Below are positions 10,098 to 18,600 of a stretch of DNA of 54,996 nt, piece after piece. The notes under the pieces were generated by a model. That model ran no database searches. It worked only from the letters and a program-made list of their open reading frames with translations, and was not told the origin of the DNA. Numbering within the stretch: the stretch's first letter is position 1; each line of letters opens with the position of its first letter. The DNA is from an uncultured delta proteobacterium (GTDB lineage Bacteria > Desulfobacterota > DSM-4660 > Desulfatiglandales > HGW-15), in contig CAVZMS010000062.1 of the NCBI GenBank assembly GCA_963776085.1, forward strand, positions 1 to 54,996, written 5' to 3'. The position numbers were made by a program, and so were the translations under genes.

Positions 10098-10976
10098 TTA
10101 CTCGACATACTTTGAAACAATCATGACCTGTCGAGAGTAATCAACAGTGAGAATTACTTGTGAAAGAATGTCAGATCCGATGCCAAGCAATATCGGTTCT
10201 GGTAGACCCTCACTGACACCTTTGAAATCAACCTGTTTCGCCGATGGCACGGAAAAGGAATATGGACCTATTTTGACTTCGTTAAGTCTATATCCATTTT
10301 CTGCCTCTGGCAATTTATCAAAAACCACTAGACTAGGATCAACGCATGTACGACTCTTGCCGGTGTCAATCTCCATCAGCACTTTCCGACCATTCACTGA
10401 ACCACGTACGAGAATATACCCTTGTAGTTGTGGCGACTGGATCAAAGGGAGGACACCGTCCGCCTTTGATCCTCTGAGGAGCGGCGTTTTGGAGATTGCG
10501 ATCACTTTATTCCGGTAATCCAGAGTAAATCGTTTATTAAGCACAAAACGCGGCCCAATTAGGCCAACAAAATCGCTTGTTCTGAATTCTTGTGTTGGTA
10601 CTTCGGTCCAAACCTCTCCGAAAGCGATCAACTCGCTTACATTGAATACGTTGAATGTTCCAATCACCTCTCCAGAAGAGTCAAAGGATTTACTTTCGCC
10701 AATAATAGGTAGCTTCATACGTTCTGCTATATCAGAATTCAGCGTTAATCCAGCCATATTACCTGTGTCCCATACCAAGTTCAATTTTTGTCCGTTCACA
10801 GAAACCGTCACATAAGGGACTCCATACTTACCAATTGAGATTGGGTAAATATCGTTCGTACTGTAACCCAGGTCCTGCTGCCAAGGAATGGGAAACTCAC
10901 CAGCATGTAAAGTGCAACTGATCAATGATAGACATATAATAGTTATTTGTAACATGCTATTGAGAGGGTTATTCAT
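10098..10976 (-). CDS. Cassette: retropepsin-like aspartyl protease with two DTG motifs, probably secreted
   Basis: LVWDTG and MEIDTG motifs, GLIG and LGIGSD; AGGAG RBS before ATG at 10976. Confidence 0.8.
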   Translation of the reverse strand: MNNPLNSMLQITIICLSLISCTLHAGEFPIPWQQDLGYSTNDIYPISIGKYGVPYVTVSVNGQKLNLVWDTGNMAGLTLNSDIAERMKLPIIGESKSFDSSGEVIGTFNVFNVSELIAFGEVWTEVPTQEFRTSDFVGLIGPRFVLNKRFTLDYRNKVIAISKTPLLRGSKADGVLPLIQSPQLQGYILVRGSVNGRKVLMEIDTGKSRTCVDPSLVVFDKLPEAENGYRLNEVKIGPYSFSVPSAKQVDFKGVSEGLPEPILLGIGSDILSQVILTVDYSRQVMIVSKYVE

Positions 10977-11005
10977 CTTTAGCTCCTGTAAGTATTGAAT
11001 CAGAC

Positions 11006-11065
11006 GTCTAACGCCGCTAATCAGCCGTGCGGTTTTTTGCGTCGGCTGCATTTGCAATGTTAGGA
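11006..11065 (-). other. attC site
   Basis: TCCTAAC...GTTAGAC on minus strand; CAGCCG/CGGCTG stem. Confidence 0.9.
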
Positions 11066-11078
11066 TTATTTCATAAAT

Positions 11079-11411
11079 TCACTCAATAAATCGCCCAATT
11101 ACACTATGTTTTAGCTTGATTTCATGAATAAGGCGATCATAGCGTCGCATTCGAATTATTGAACGGATTATCAGATAAGCACCAAAACCAATTAAAGCAA
11201 GACAAAGTGCTCCTAACGGAATGAGAAAATGTATAACATGGAGGACATCATAATATTTTGATGTAGCGATCAACACACTCATAACTGACAGGGGCAAAGC
11301 TAAAACAGCTATACCTGTACGCATCACAGCTAAAGATGTGCGTTTTTCTGCTAATATAAGTTGCACTTCATTGATTACGATTGAATCAATCGTGTTTTTA
11401 TCGTTGGTCAA
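11079..11411 (-). CDS. Cassette: DUF202-like membrane protein
   Basis: LAEKRTSLAVMRTG motif followed by two TM helices. Confidence 0.75.
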   Translation of the reverse strand: MTNDKNTIDSIVINEVQLILAEKRTSLAVMRTGIAVLALPLSVMSVLIATSKYYDVLHVIHFLIPLGALCLALIGFGAYLIIRSIIRMRRYDRLIHEIKLKHSVIGRFIE

Positions 11412-11445
11412 ATCTTATACCTTTTAAATAGAGCTTTTGTTTTGA

Positions 11446-11530
11446 TCCTAACGTTAGTGATAACCCGTGAGTAATTAGCCGGCCCGGAAGGGCCGGCTAA
11501 TTGGGAATCGGGTTAATTGCATTGTTATGG
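11446..11530 (-). other. attC site
   Basis: CCATAAC...GTTAGGA on minus strand; perfect inner hairpin AATTAGCCGGCCC/GGGCCGGCTAATT. Confidence 0.9.
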
Positions 11531-11537
11531 GTATATG

Positions 11538-11915
11538 TTACACCCCGTAATTCACTAGCCAGTCGATCGCTTCTTGCCGTTCAGCGAACATTCGCGCGTT
11601 CCATCCCCTATTAAGACACACAGTTTCATAGAATCGCGCATCTTCTCGGGCTTCTTCTGAAACAGGCGCTACCACCGCTATAGATATTCGCCTAGTGGAC
11701 TTCTCGTCGTAGGAAGATACTCCGTCCAAGATGTTGATAGGAGAGAGAGAACTTTCGTAGTTAGTGAGGTCGAGCAGGAACCTGTCAGTGTTATGCTCTT
11801 CGGCTAAGGCAAAGCTCGGCGCCTGCTCGGCTATCAACTCATCAGAGGAAGCCTCTCCTTTGCAGGTAATTTCGATTATGCATAAGTCGGCATTGTACGT
11901 AACAGTAATAGCCAT
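11538..11915 (-). CDS. Cassette: STAS/SEC14 (SpoIIAA-like) domain protein
   Basis: FLLDL, IAVV, F.ETV..NRG and EAIDWL pattern. Confidence 0.6.
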   Translation of the reverse strand: MAITVTYNADLCIIEITCKGEASSDELIAEQAPSFALAEEHNTDRFLLDLTNYESSLSPINILDGVSSYDEKSTRRISIAVVAPVSEEAREDARFYETVCLNRGWNARMFAERQEAIDWLVNYGV

Positions 11916-11934
11916 GTCCTATGCCCTCCTTTCT

Positions 11935-11999
11935 TCATAACAGCTTGATAACCAGCTTGGCAGTTTTGTAGCCAAGTCTGGTTTATTAAGAGGTTATAT
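11935..11999 (-). other. attC site
   Basis: ATATAAC...GTTATGA on minus strand. Confidence 0.85.
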
Positions 12000-12001
12000 A
12001 A

Positions 12002-12439
12002 TTACATACGCCTGTATTCAATAAAAGTTAAGTCTTTGGTATCATGCCAAGTTGTTTCATCATACTTAGAGTATCCATTGTACCCCATGATTCCACTAAC
12101 TTACCATTGATGATTCTCTTTATACTTGTATTTATCATTTCAATCTTGTTGCCAGTTGGAGCGATACCCATAAAAGGACCTTTATGTGTCCCTTTTTATA
12201 GTCGCCTGGTAGGCAACTTTATCTTTTTCAGCGACTATATTCTCAATAGTAAAAATACTATCCGGGAATGCAGTGAAAAAAATAGAGGTAGTTTTTTTAA
12301 GTTGCTCTAAATTATAATCCCCATTTCGTGTGTGTTCAATGTAATCGGGGTCATAAAGTTCAAATAATGCAACCATATCTTTTTGAGAGCTGAGTTCATA
12401 AATACGACGAATAAGGGCTTTGCTCTCTTCGATAGACAT
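12002..12439 (-). CDS. Cassette: SnoaL-like ester cyclase (frameshift near 12195)
   Basis: AFPD..FTIENIVAEKDKV, then GTHKGPFMGIAPTGNK..GKLVESW in the next frame. Confidence 0.85.
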
Positions 12440-12468
12440 CGATAATACCTCCTTTTAATACTTTTTTG

Positions 12469-12564
12469 ATATAACGATAGAACTGAGCGACGCGGGCGGC
12501 CCAGCGCGTCCACTTCGCCAAGCGAGGTGGCCCGCCCGCGTTCTCTCCAGTGATCTTGTTCGGC
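12469..12564 (-). other. attC site
   Basis: GCCGAAC...GTTATAT on minus strand; CGCGGGCGG/CCGCCCGCG stem. Confidence 0.9.
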
Positions 12565-12571
12565 AGCATTT

Positions 12572-12949
12572 CTACATTGACCCGCCGGACGTCTTTGTGA
12601 CTGTGTCGCGCTGCGCTGCTCTGTGCAGCCACCAACTTGACAAGAACAATATGGCCGCGATCGCCCATAGGAGGTAGGGACTGGCAAGAAGCCTCCAATC
12701 GAAGAATACAACTAGAACCACATACGCCACGAGCGCCGTGAGTCCTCCCAAGAGTTCCCATTTCCACGCAACCGCGAGGCCCAACAGCGAAATCCCCATC
12801 GCCGTTAGACCGATGTAATCCCTTGTCTTGAGAGATGGTTGCTCTCCATACCCGAGGAGGCCCGTGATCAGGAAAAGGCCCCAGAGAAGGATGATGGGGG
12901 TGCTGACTATGCGAGCGAGCCACCGAACCGTTTTAGCCGTTCTGTTCAT
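12572..12949 (-). CDS. Cassette: four-TM hypothetical membrane protein
   Basis: ATG at 12949 after AAGGA; AWKWELLGG motif. Confidence 0.7.
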   Translation of the reverse strand: MNRTAKTVRWLARIVSTPIILLWGLFLITGLLGYGEQPSLKTRDYIGLTAMGISLLGLAVAWKWELLGGLTALVAYVVLVVFFDWRLLASPYLLWAIAAILFLSSWWLHRAAQRDTVTKTSGGSM

Positions 12950-12997
12950 AGTTGCTTCCTTTCTTGCGTGCATGACCGATGCGCCGCATCGCGCTCT

Positions 12998-13114
12998 GCC
13001 GAACGACGCGGTTGAGTTGCCGCGCCGAATTACTCTTCCGGCCACCGATATGACAGACACAGTCAGCCGGGTCCCCATCCAAGCCCAGCGGTCAACTCCA
13101 ACCGCATGTTAGCC
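12998..13114 (-). other. attC site
   Basis: GGCTAAC...GTTCGGC on minus strand; GCGGTTGGAGTTG/CAACTCAACCGC pairing with an extrahelical G. Confidence 0.9.
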
Positions 13115-13127
13115 TGTTATTATATTC

Positions 13128-13880
13128 CTATATCCTTCTAAAGCGTATGTTGATTACTTTCAGAGTTATATAGACCTTATTCTCAACAATTTCTACTTCA
13201 TATTCGTTTTGAATCAATGATTCAGTACGTTTGAGAAGAGATTCATAGCTTTGATTCATTTCCCTTGGAAACCTAATTGTACTATAGAATTTCTTATCTA
13301 CTAGGAAGTGCCCTTTTTCAAACAGATCAATGAGTTCACTTTCTCTGTAATATCTTACATGTCCATCGTTTTTCAAGCTTGCGAATGAATTCACAAAATC
13401 TGATGCATCAACAGAACTGGTAATCGGATCTGCAACAATACAATAACCATCTACTTCTACTATACGATATATCTCATTTATTGTTCGTAATGGTATGGGA
13501 AAATGATGAAAAGCATAGCGGCAGATTACTGTATGAAATAGCTGGTCTTTGAATGGGAGTGTCATTCCATCGAATAGCATAAACTGTAGATTGTTTCGGG
13601 ATTCATTTTTTACTCTAGCTTTATTATCCGTGATAGCCTTTTCTACTATATCAATTCCATAAACAATCGATTGTTTGCTAGAATTTGAAAGATAGAATGC
13701 AACATATCCAGTTCCTGTCGCAAGATCTAGATAGTATTTGTTTTCCAATAGATCACAGAGTTCTGTCAGCTTGATCAATTGTTCTGGATCAGATGTCACT
13801 TGTATATGAATTGGATCAAATAGATCCTTTTCGAATCCATTTCTTGCATACTGGATTACTTCGTTCTCTTCAGTTTTCAT
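13128..13880 (-). CDS. Cassette: class I SAM-dependent methyltransferase
   Basis: LDLATGTG, GIDI, LPF..F..VICRYAFHHF. Confidence 0.9.
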   Translation of the reverse strand: MKTEENEVIQYARNGFEKDLFDPIHIQVTSDPEQLIKLTELCDLLENKYYLDLATGTGYVAFYLSNSSKQSIVYGIDIVEKAITDNKARVKNESRNNLQFMLFDGMTLPFKDQLFHTVICRYAFHHFPIPLRTINEIYRIVEVDGYCIVADPITSSVDASDFVNSFASLKNDGHVRYYRESELIDLFEKGHFLVDKKFYSTIRFPREMNQSYESLLKRTESLIQNEYEVEIVENKVYITLKVINIRFRRI

Positions 13881-13923
13881 AATAGAATCTGTTTGCAAAA
13901 TACTTTATTCTCTCTCAATAGTA

Positions 13924-13994
13924 GGCTCACAGTGCGGATAAGCTGCGAGGCTCCGATATGCTCAGGCTTCGTCAGCTTCATCCGCTTGCTAGGC
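13924..13994 (-). other. Degenerate attC site (R'' GCCTAGC, R' GTGAGCC)
   Basis: GCGGATGAAGCTG/CAGCTTATCCGC stem intact but both core triplets altered. Confidence 0.75.
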
Positions 13995-14387
13995 TGCGTC
14001 ATGTTTCTTCTCACTGGCCGACTTGGGCTTGTCGTCCTGCTCCCAATGAAACTGGTGAAGCAGCCGATGGATAACCGGAGCCAGGATGATCCCCGCTGCG
14101 ACCAGGAAGACCAAGCCCGAATAGAGAGCGTACAGACCAGCGAATAGCTTCCCGCCGAAGGTAGCGGGAGACTCGACCGGGCCCATCCCTCCGAGCAGCA
14201 TGGCCGCGTTTAGAAACGCGTCTGCTAAAGCCAAGTGTTCGAAGTACATGTAGCCTATCATGCCCAGGCCAAGGGAGCCCACTACTAGAGCAATGGCCAC
14301 GCCGAAGTGAACTGCAACACGCTTGATGAACTCGCGCATCGTGAGCGGTGTCGTACCTTTTGGTTCGTAGATCCCCACTCTCCTCAC
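13989..14387 (-). CDS. Cassette: two-TM channel-like membrane protein (KcsA-like layout, atypical filter)
   Basis: TM1-GYMYFE-DAFLNAAMLLGGMGP-T..GKLF-TM2 layout. Confidence 0.6.
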   Translation of the reverse strand: MRRVGIYEPKGTTPLTMREFIKRVAVHFGVAIALVVGSLGLGMIGYMYFEHLALADAFLNAAMLLGGMGPVESPATFGGKLFAGLYALYSGLVFLVAAGIILAPVIHRLLHQFHWEQDDKPKSASEKKHDAA

Positions 14388-14412
14388 CCTCCAATCGCTC
14401 TTCCTGCAAGAA

Positions 14413-14470
14413 GCCTAACGCTGAACTATGCGGTGCGTCTTTCTGCATCCGCACCAGTGACAGGTTAACT
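14413..14470 (-). other. attC site
   Basis: AGTTAAC...GTTAGGC on minus strand. Confidence 0.9.
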
Positions 14471-14485
14471 GGTCATTTAAGTCAT

Positions 14486-14785
14486 TTATGCATGAGCGTA
14501 TGTTTTTACTTCCCGATCCAACCTTTCTCCCAATGCCTGTGAAGTTACATCAAGATCATATTGGGCCTGTAAGCCCAGCCAAAACTCCGGTGAGTTCCCA
14601 AAATATTTTGCCAGCCTTAGAGCAGTATCAGCCGAAATACTCCGTTTTCCAAGAACGATCTCGTTTATTCTCCGTGCAGGGACACCGATGTTTAGGGCTA
14701 GCCTGTTCTGGCTCAAGTTCATTGGCGCAAGAAACTCCTCAGCCAGGACTTCCCCAGGATGTATTGGTTTAAGTGTTTTTTTCAT
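14486..14785 (-). CDS. higA: HigA family antitoxin (Xre HTH)
   Basis: IHPGEVLAEEFL, RRINEIVLGKRSISADTALRL, FWLGLQ. Confidence 0.95.
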   Translation of the reverse strand: MKKTLKPIHPGEVLAEEFLAPMNLSQNRLALNIGVPARRINEIVLGKRSISADTALRLAKYFGNSPEFWLGLQAQYDLDVTSQALGERLDREVKTYAHA

Positions 14786-14796
14786 GGTCTTCCTCC

Positions 14797-15078
14797 TTAA
14801 TGGTAGTCGACTATTTCGACTGAATATGCATCTCCGTTTTGCCATACGAAACAGATACGCCATTTATCGTTAATTCTTATGCTAAATTGCCCTTCGCGAT
14901 TGCCTTTCAGCTTCTCTAACCTGTCAGCTGGCGGGATTTTTAAATCAATTAAGGTTTTTGAATTATTAATCATCCTTAGTTTCCTTAGTGCCACCTGTTG
15001 GATGTCCCGAGGCAGTTTATTTGACCCCGCTCGGCTATATATCTTTTCAGTTTCTATGTCTTTGAATGATTTGATCAT
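14797..15078 (-). CDS. higB: HigB (RelE-like) toxin
   Basis: MIKSFKD, PPADRLEKLKGNREGQFSIRINDKWRICF; toxin precedes antitoxin. Confidence 0.95.
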   Translation of the reverse strand: MIKSFKDIETEKIYSRAGSNKLPRDIQQVALRKLRMINNSKTLIDLKIPPADRLEKLKGNREGQFSIRINDKWRICFVWQNGDAYSVEIVDYH

Positions 15079-15094
15079 TTATTTGCTTGCTATA

Positions 15095-15129
15095 AGATTA
15101 TACCTATCTGCGTTTAACGTCAAGCGTTA
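15095..15129 (-). promoter_or_regulatory. Putative higBA promoter/operator
   Basis: TTGACG -35 lies inside palindrome TAACG-N5-CGTTA (15115-15129); TATAAT/TAATCT downstream. Confidence 0.6.
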
Positions 15130-15162
15130 TATTATTGATCCAACTTATATATATCATTTGAC

Positions 15163-15291
15163 AGTTAACGTTCCAAAGCTGAGCCACAGCCACCGGCGGC
15201 CAGGCTCCGAATGCAATGTTGACTTCCAAATCTCATAACTCAATCGCAAACTGAAGGGGCAGTGGCTGTTGGCTCCAGCGCGGTGTTATGC
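15163..15291 (-). other. attC site (129 bp)
   Basis: GCATAAC...GTTAACT on minus strand; GCTGGAGCCAACAGCCAC/GTGGCTGTGGCTCAGC stem. Confidence 0.9.
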
Positions 15292-15711
15292 ACTTGGGGT
15301 CGCTCTCCTTTTCTTGTACCAAGAAACGATGAATAGTATTCCTATAACCAACAGTGGAATTGCCATGACTATAGCCATACCGCTGTCTCTATGCAAAGTC
15401 GTCGAGACCCAGATGGCCATACAAACCATCAGAATGAACCAAAATAGGAATATCAGCCCAGCGATTCTTCCGTTCTTCCAAGTATAGAAATACCCAACAA
15501 GGAAAACGACAAAAAGGAGTTTGACAAATATCATTTCGAGATCCCACGGATCAAAATTCGGGTTGTCGCTGATAGGATTTCCCGCGCCGGATGGACTGAA
15601 ACTCACAATAAAGAAGATCAGGTACAACAGTCCATAGATTGTGGTGGCTACTTGAAGCGCAGAGGGAAATCTTCTCTTCTTTGCGTTTGGTGTGCCAATG
15701 AGATCTACCAT
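15286..15711 (-). CDS. Cassette: four-TM hypothetical membrane protein
   Basis: ATG at 15711 after AAAGGAG; hydrophobic helices; stop codon inside R''. Confidence 0.7.
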   Translation of the reverse strand: MVDLIGTPNAKKRRFPSALQVATTIYGLLYLIFFIVSFSPSGAGNPISDNPNFDPWDLEMIFVKLLFVVFLVGYFYTWKNGRIAGLIFLFWFILMVCMAIWVSTTLHRDSGMAIVMAIPLLVIGILFIVSWYKKRRATPSA

Positions 15712-15768
15712 TGGATAACTCCTTTCTTTGTTTGATTGTGAATGATAATTACGACGCAAAACATTGAC

Positions 15769-15838
15769 GCATAACGGTCGGGTTCAGGCGTGTTGCGGAG
15801 CGCAGCGGAGTAACGTCGCCAGTAATCCGGTGTTAGGC
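15769..15838 (-). other. attC site
   Basis: GCCTAAC...GTTATGC on minus strand. Confidence 0.85.
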
Positions 15839-15902
15839 CGCCTGGGTTACGAAGGCCGGAACTCTAGCGAGCTGCCTGACGCCCAATGGAGACACCTATC
15901 AG

Positions 15903-16283
15903 TCAGGTCGCTAGCATGTGCAGGACGACCACCGCCAGGATCAGCCCAGCAGCCAGTGTCGCCGCTGCAATCATTAGCGTGGCAAGCTGCCCTCGGAGTG
16001 CGCCAGATGGTTGCCGGGCGGCCCGGCGCCGTTCAGTCTCATCGTTCCAGATCCCTAGCAGCGTGACGCATCCGATGAACAGGGCAGCAAGTGGCAAGCC
16101 GATGAGCAACACCCAGAGCGTCCAATACCGAACCGAGTACCAGCTCACGATCTGTTCAGCGATATGTGCCAGTTCGGATTGCGGCGGCTGCAGGTAGCGT
16201 GCAAGGACCGCCGTCAAGAACAGCGCGGCCGGAAAAATGAGCACAAATTCCGTGGCTGCGAGGATGCGCTTATTGGTCACCAT
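15903..16283 (-). CDS. Cassette: three-TM hypothetical membrane protein
   Basis: GAGGAGG RBS; only plausible ORF between two attC sites. Confidence 0.7.
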   Translation of the reverse strand: MVTNKRILAATEFVLIFPAALFLTAVLARYLQPPQSELAHIAEQIVSWYSVRYWTLWVLLIGLPLAALFIGCVTLLGIWNDETERRRAARQPSGALRGQLATLMIAAATLAAGLILAVVVLHMLAT

Positions 16284-16331
16284 AGCTAATCCTCCTCTAT
16301 CACACTCGCCTCAATGACGGTTTCGGGCGCA

Positions 16332-16396
16332 GCCTAACGCCCGGTTTCACAGGGCGCGACGATCTATCAGCGCTCCTGTGCAAACCGATGTTATCC
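16332..16396 (-). other. attC site
   Basis: GGATAAC-ATCGG-TTTGCAC...GTGAAA-CCGGGC-GTTAGGC on minus strand. Confidence 0.9.
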
Positions 16397-16408
16397 TTTT
16401 CCCCCATA

Positions 16409-16690
16409 TTATCGGTTTTTCAAGTATTGCTTTAAATCTCGATAGTAGTTTTCATGCGGTCCAAGCATAATAAGCTCTAAGTCTCTTTCAACCTTTCGAT
16501 ATGCAAGCAGGTACTGCGTTGTTTTGGTTTTAAACTTGTAAACGAACATACCTCGTAGATCACCTTTCTTTTCTTCCCCAATAGCCGGGTCTTCCACTAT
16601 CTTATTTATTTCTCTATCTAAAATGTCCTTTTCGGTCTTGGACATCTTCTTAACTTTTTTTTCAAATGACCTCGATTGGTATATTTTCAT
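16409..16690 (-). CDS. RelE/ParE family toxin
   Basis: GEEKKGDLRG..VYKFK, LLAY, GPHENYYRDLK. Confidence 0.9.
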   Translation of the reverse strand: MKIYQSRSFEKKVKKMSKTEKDILDREINKIVEDPAIGEEKKGDLRGMFVYKFKTKTTQYLLAYRKVERDLELIMLGPHENYYRDLKQYLKNR

Positions 16691-16696
16691 TGCCCA

Positions 16697-16915
16697 CTAT
16701 CCAAACTTATATTCGGTTTTCTCGTTTTCATCCAACTCATCCAACCCAATAAGTATCTCCTTTATAAGGGAATATGGCAGGTCAGGATTTTCCTCAGCAC
16801 ATTTGCCCATACGAGCCCAATGTTCAATCTGACCAGCTAGAGACCTATGATCAATCCGCCCAAATCTTTTTGCTTCATCTACAAGTTTTTCAGATATTCT
16901 TACTGCTGTGGCCAT
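16697..16915 (-). CDS. ParD-like antitoxin
   Basis: VRIS..L..EAK, RSLAGQIEHWARMGK..EENPDLP. Confidence 0.9.
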   Translation of the reverse strand: MATAVRISEKLVDEAKRFGRIDHRSLAGQIEHWARMGKCAEENPDLPYSLIKEILIGLDELDENEKTEYKFG

Positions 16916-16942
16916 GATAGCTCCTCCAAGTAAAATTGTTGC

Positions 16943-16968
16943 AATATGATATTCTTTTATATCATATT
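16943..16968. promoter_or_regulatory. Putative TA autoregulatory operator
   Basis: Perfect inverted repeat AATATGATAT-N6-ATATCATATT upstream of the antitoxin. Confidence 0.5.
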
Positions 16969-17005
16969 ATTGCATTATGCAACTATAGATTGCTATCAAT
17001 TTTAG

Positions 17006-17035
17006 GGATAACAATAATTAGATTGATCCATATAA
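17006..17035 (-). other. attI site (crossover G/TT at 17012)
   Basis: AATCTAA-TTATT-GTTATCC on minus strand; GTTATCC matches R'' GGATAAC of the first cassette; no attC hairpin upstream. Confidence 0.8.
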
Positions 17036-17064
17036 AATGAATATCTTCAATTTACTATAGATAT

Positions 17065-17093
17065 AATATGCCATCGATTCTTCAGAAAATCAA
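17065..17093 (-). promoter_or_regulatory. Candidate cassette promoter Pc
   Basis: TTGATT-N17-CATATT on minus strand between the intI stop and attI; AT-rich context weakens the call. Confidence 0.3.
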
Positions 17094-17138
17094 GCTATAA
17101 TTAATGTAATCTTAATCACTTATGACTCATAGTACTAT

Positions 17139-18158
17139 TTATCTCAGCATCTTATGCGGATCGGCATAAAACAATCTCCCTAAACCGGTGCAAAGACCGT
17201 CTATAGGACTGCGGACCCCTGCCGGTCCACGGTTAAGCACATGGGTATAGATCATCGTTGTCTTCAAGTCGCTATGACCTAAAAGCTCCTGGACGGTTCG
17301 GATGTCATAGCCGCCTTCAAGCAAATGGGTAGCGAATGAATGCCTGAAGGTGTGGCAAGTTACACGTTTGGTCAAGCCGACCCTCACCACTGCGTCCCGC
17401 ACGGCCTTCTGAATAAGCGATTCATCCACGTGATGACGCCCTTGTTCCTTTGTTTTTAGATTCATCCAGCGATTTTCTTGGGGAAAGACCCATTGCCAAC
17501 GCCACTCTTTCGGGGCATTGGGATATTTGCGGTCCAAGGCATCAGGCATCAAGACGCGGCCCCAACCTTCGTTCAAATCCTTTTCATGAATTGTATTGAC
17601 CTTCTTGAGGTGGTCCTGGAGCTGCGCTTTGAGCGATTCCGGGAGCATAGTAATTCTGTCTTTCGCACCCTTTCCGTCACGAACTAGGATCTCGTTGCGG
17701 GAGAAGTTAATGTCCTGTACCCGCAGGCGCAGGCATTCCATGAGGCGAAGACCGGCACCATACATTAATGAGGCCATGAGACATTTGTCACCAGTGATCT
17801 GCGAAAGCACAGCCTTTACTTCATCCCTCGTCATGACTTCTGGTAGACGTGTAGGTTTGCGGGCACGTATGACCTCGCCTAAGTCGCCGACTTCGTGACC
17901 GATCACGTGACGATAAAGGAACAGTAGCGCAGAAAGGGCCTGGTTCTGTGTCGAAGCGCTGACCTTCTTCTTGACTGCCAGGTGCGTCAAGAAGGCATTA
18001 ATCTCAGGCTCGGCCATCTCAGCCGGATGGCGGACTTTGTGGAAGTGGATAAATCGCTTGACCCAGAGGATATAGGTTTGTTCTGTGCGATGGCTGTAAT
18101 GGCGCGAACGCAAGGCAGCGCGAAGCTGGTCAAGGAGCCTCGGCTTCTCGCTGTTCAT
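17139..18158 (-). CDS. intI: Integron integrase
   Basis: [38 protein letters not shown], IntI-specific insertion [32 protein letters not shown] and TTMIYTH. Confidence 0.97.
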   Translation of the reverse strand: MNSEKPRLLDQLRAALRSRHYSHRTEQTYILWVKRFIHFHKVRHPAEMAEPEINAFLTHLAVKKKVSASTQNQALSALLFLYRHVIGHEVGDLGEVIRARKPTRLPEVMTRDEVKAVLSQITGDKCLMASLMYGAGLRLMECLRLRVQDINFSRNEILVRDGKGAKDRITMLPESLKAQLQDHLKKVNTIHEKDLNEGWGRVLMPDALDRKYPNAPKEWRWQWVFPQENRWMNLKTKEQGRHHVDESLIQKAVRDAVVRVGLTKRVTCHTFRHSFATHLLEGGYDIRTVQELLGHSDLKTTMIYTHVLNRGPAGVRSPIDGLCTGLGRLFYADPHKMLR

Positions 18159-18600
18159 TGATATAGCCTTTTGATTACGGGATCTAATCTCTCCAAGGAT
18201 ATGGGTTTCTGTTGTCTTCACAATTTTAGAGTCCTTCTTGTATTACCACCAAAACGGTATTCTTAAATATAAATCTTTTTACAATATCTGTGCCAGAAAA
18301 CATTTGTCAGGAAATTTTTTAAAAAATATATTATTATCGAACAAGCGATACCGATATAATTTAATTTAATCTCATGGCAGTTTAGCAAGATTCGGGATCA
18401 TTGGATGTCTTGATTAATAATTATGGATATTTTCATTGAGAGAAAAATTGCACATTAAATTGTGTATTAAGACATCATAATTTGTGCAAGCACCCCTGGG
18501 AGCGCATTCCAAGGCATTATTGTCTTGCGCAGGATAAGGCTAAGTGATAAAAATTTATTAAAAACAATCAGTAAAGGAATCGAAAGGTTCAAGTAGTCAC

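Larger units (their letters stand above)
5557..17012 (-). mobile_element. Integron cassette array 1 (16 cassettes)
   Basis: 15 complete attC sites plus one truncated; each cassette's opening GTT box is complementary or nearly so to its own R'' box. Confidence 0.95.

Noticed and set aside
18222-18600. LexA/SOS box upstream of intI
   Set aside because: No convincing match to the LexA motifs I know; the region is AT-rich and the host motif is unknown
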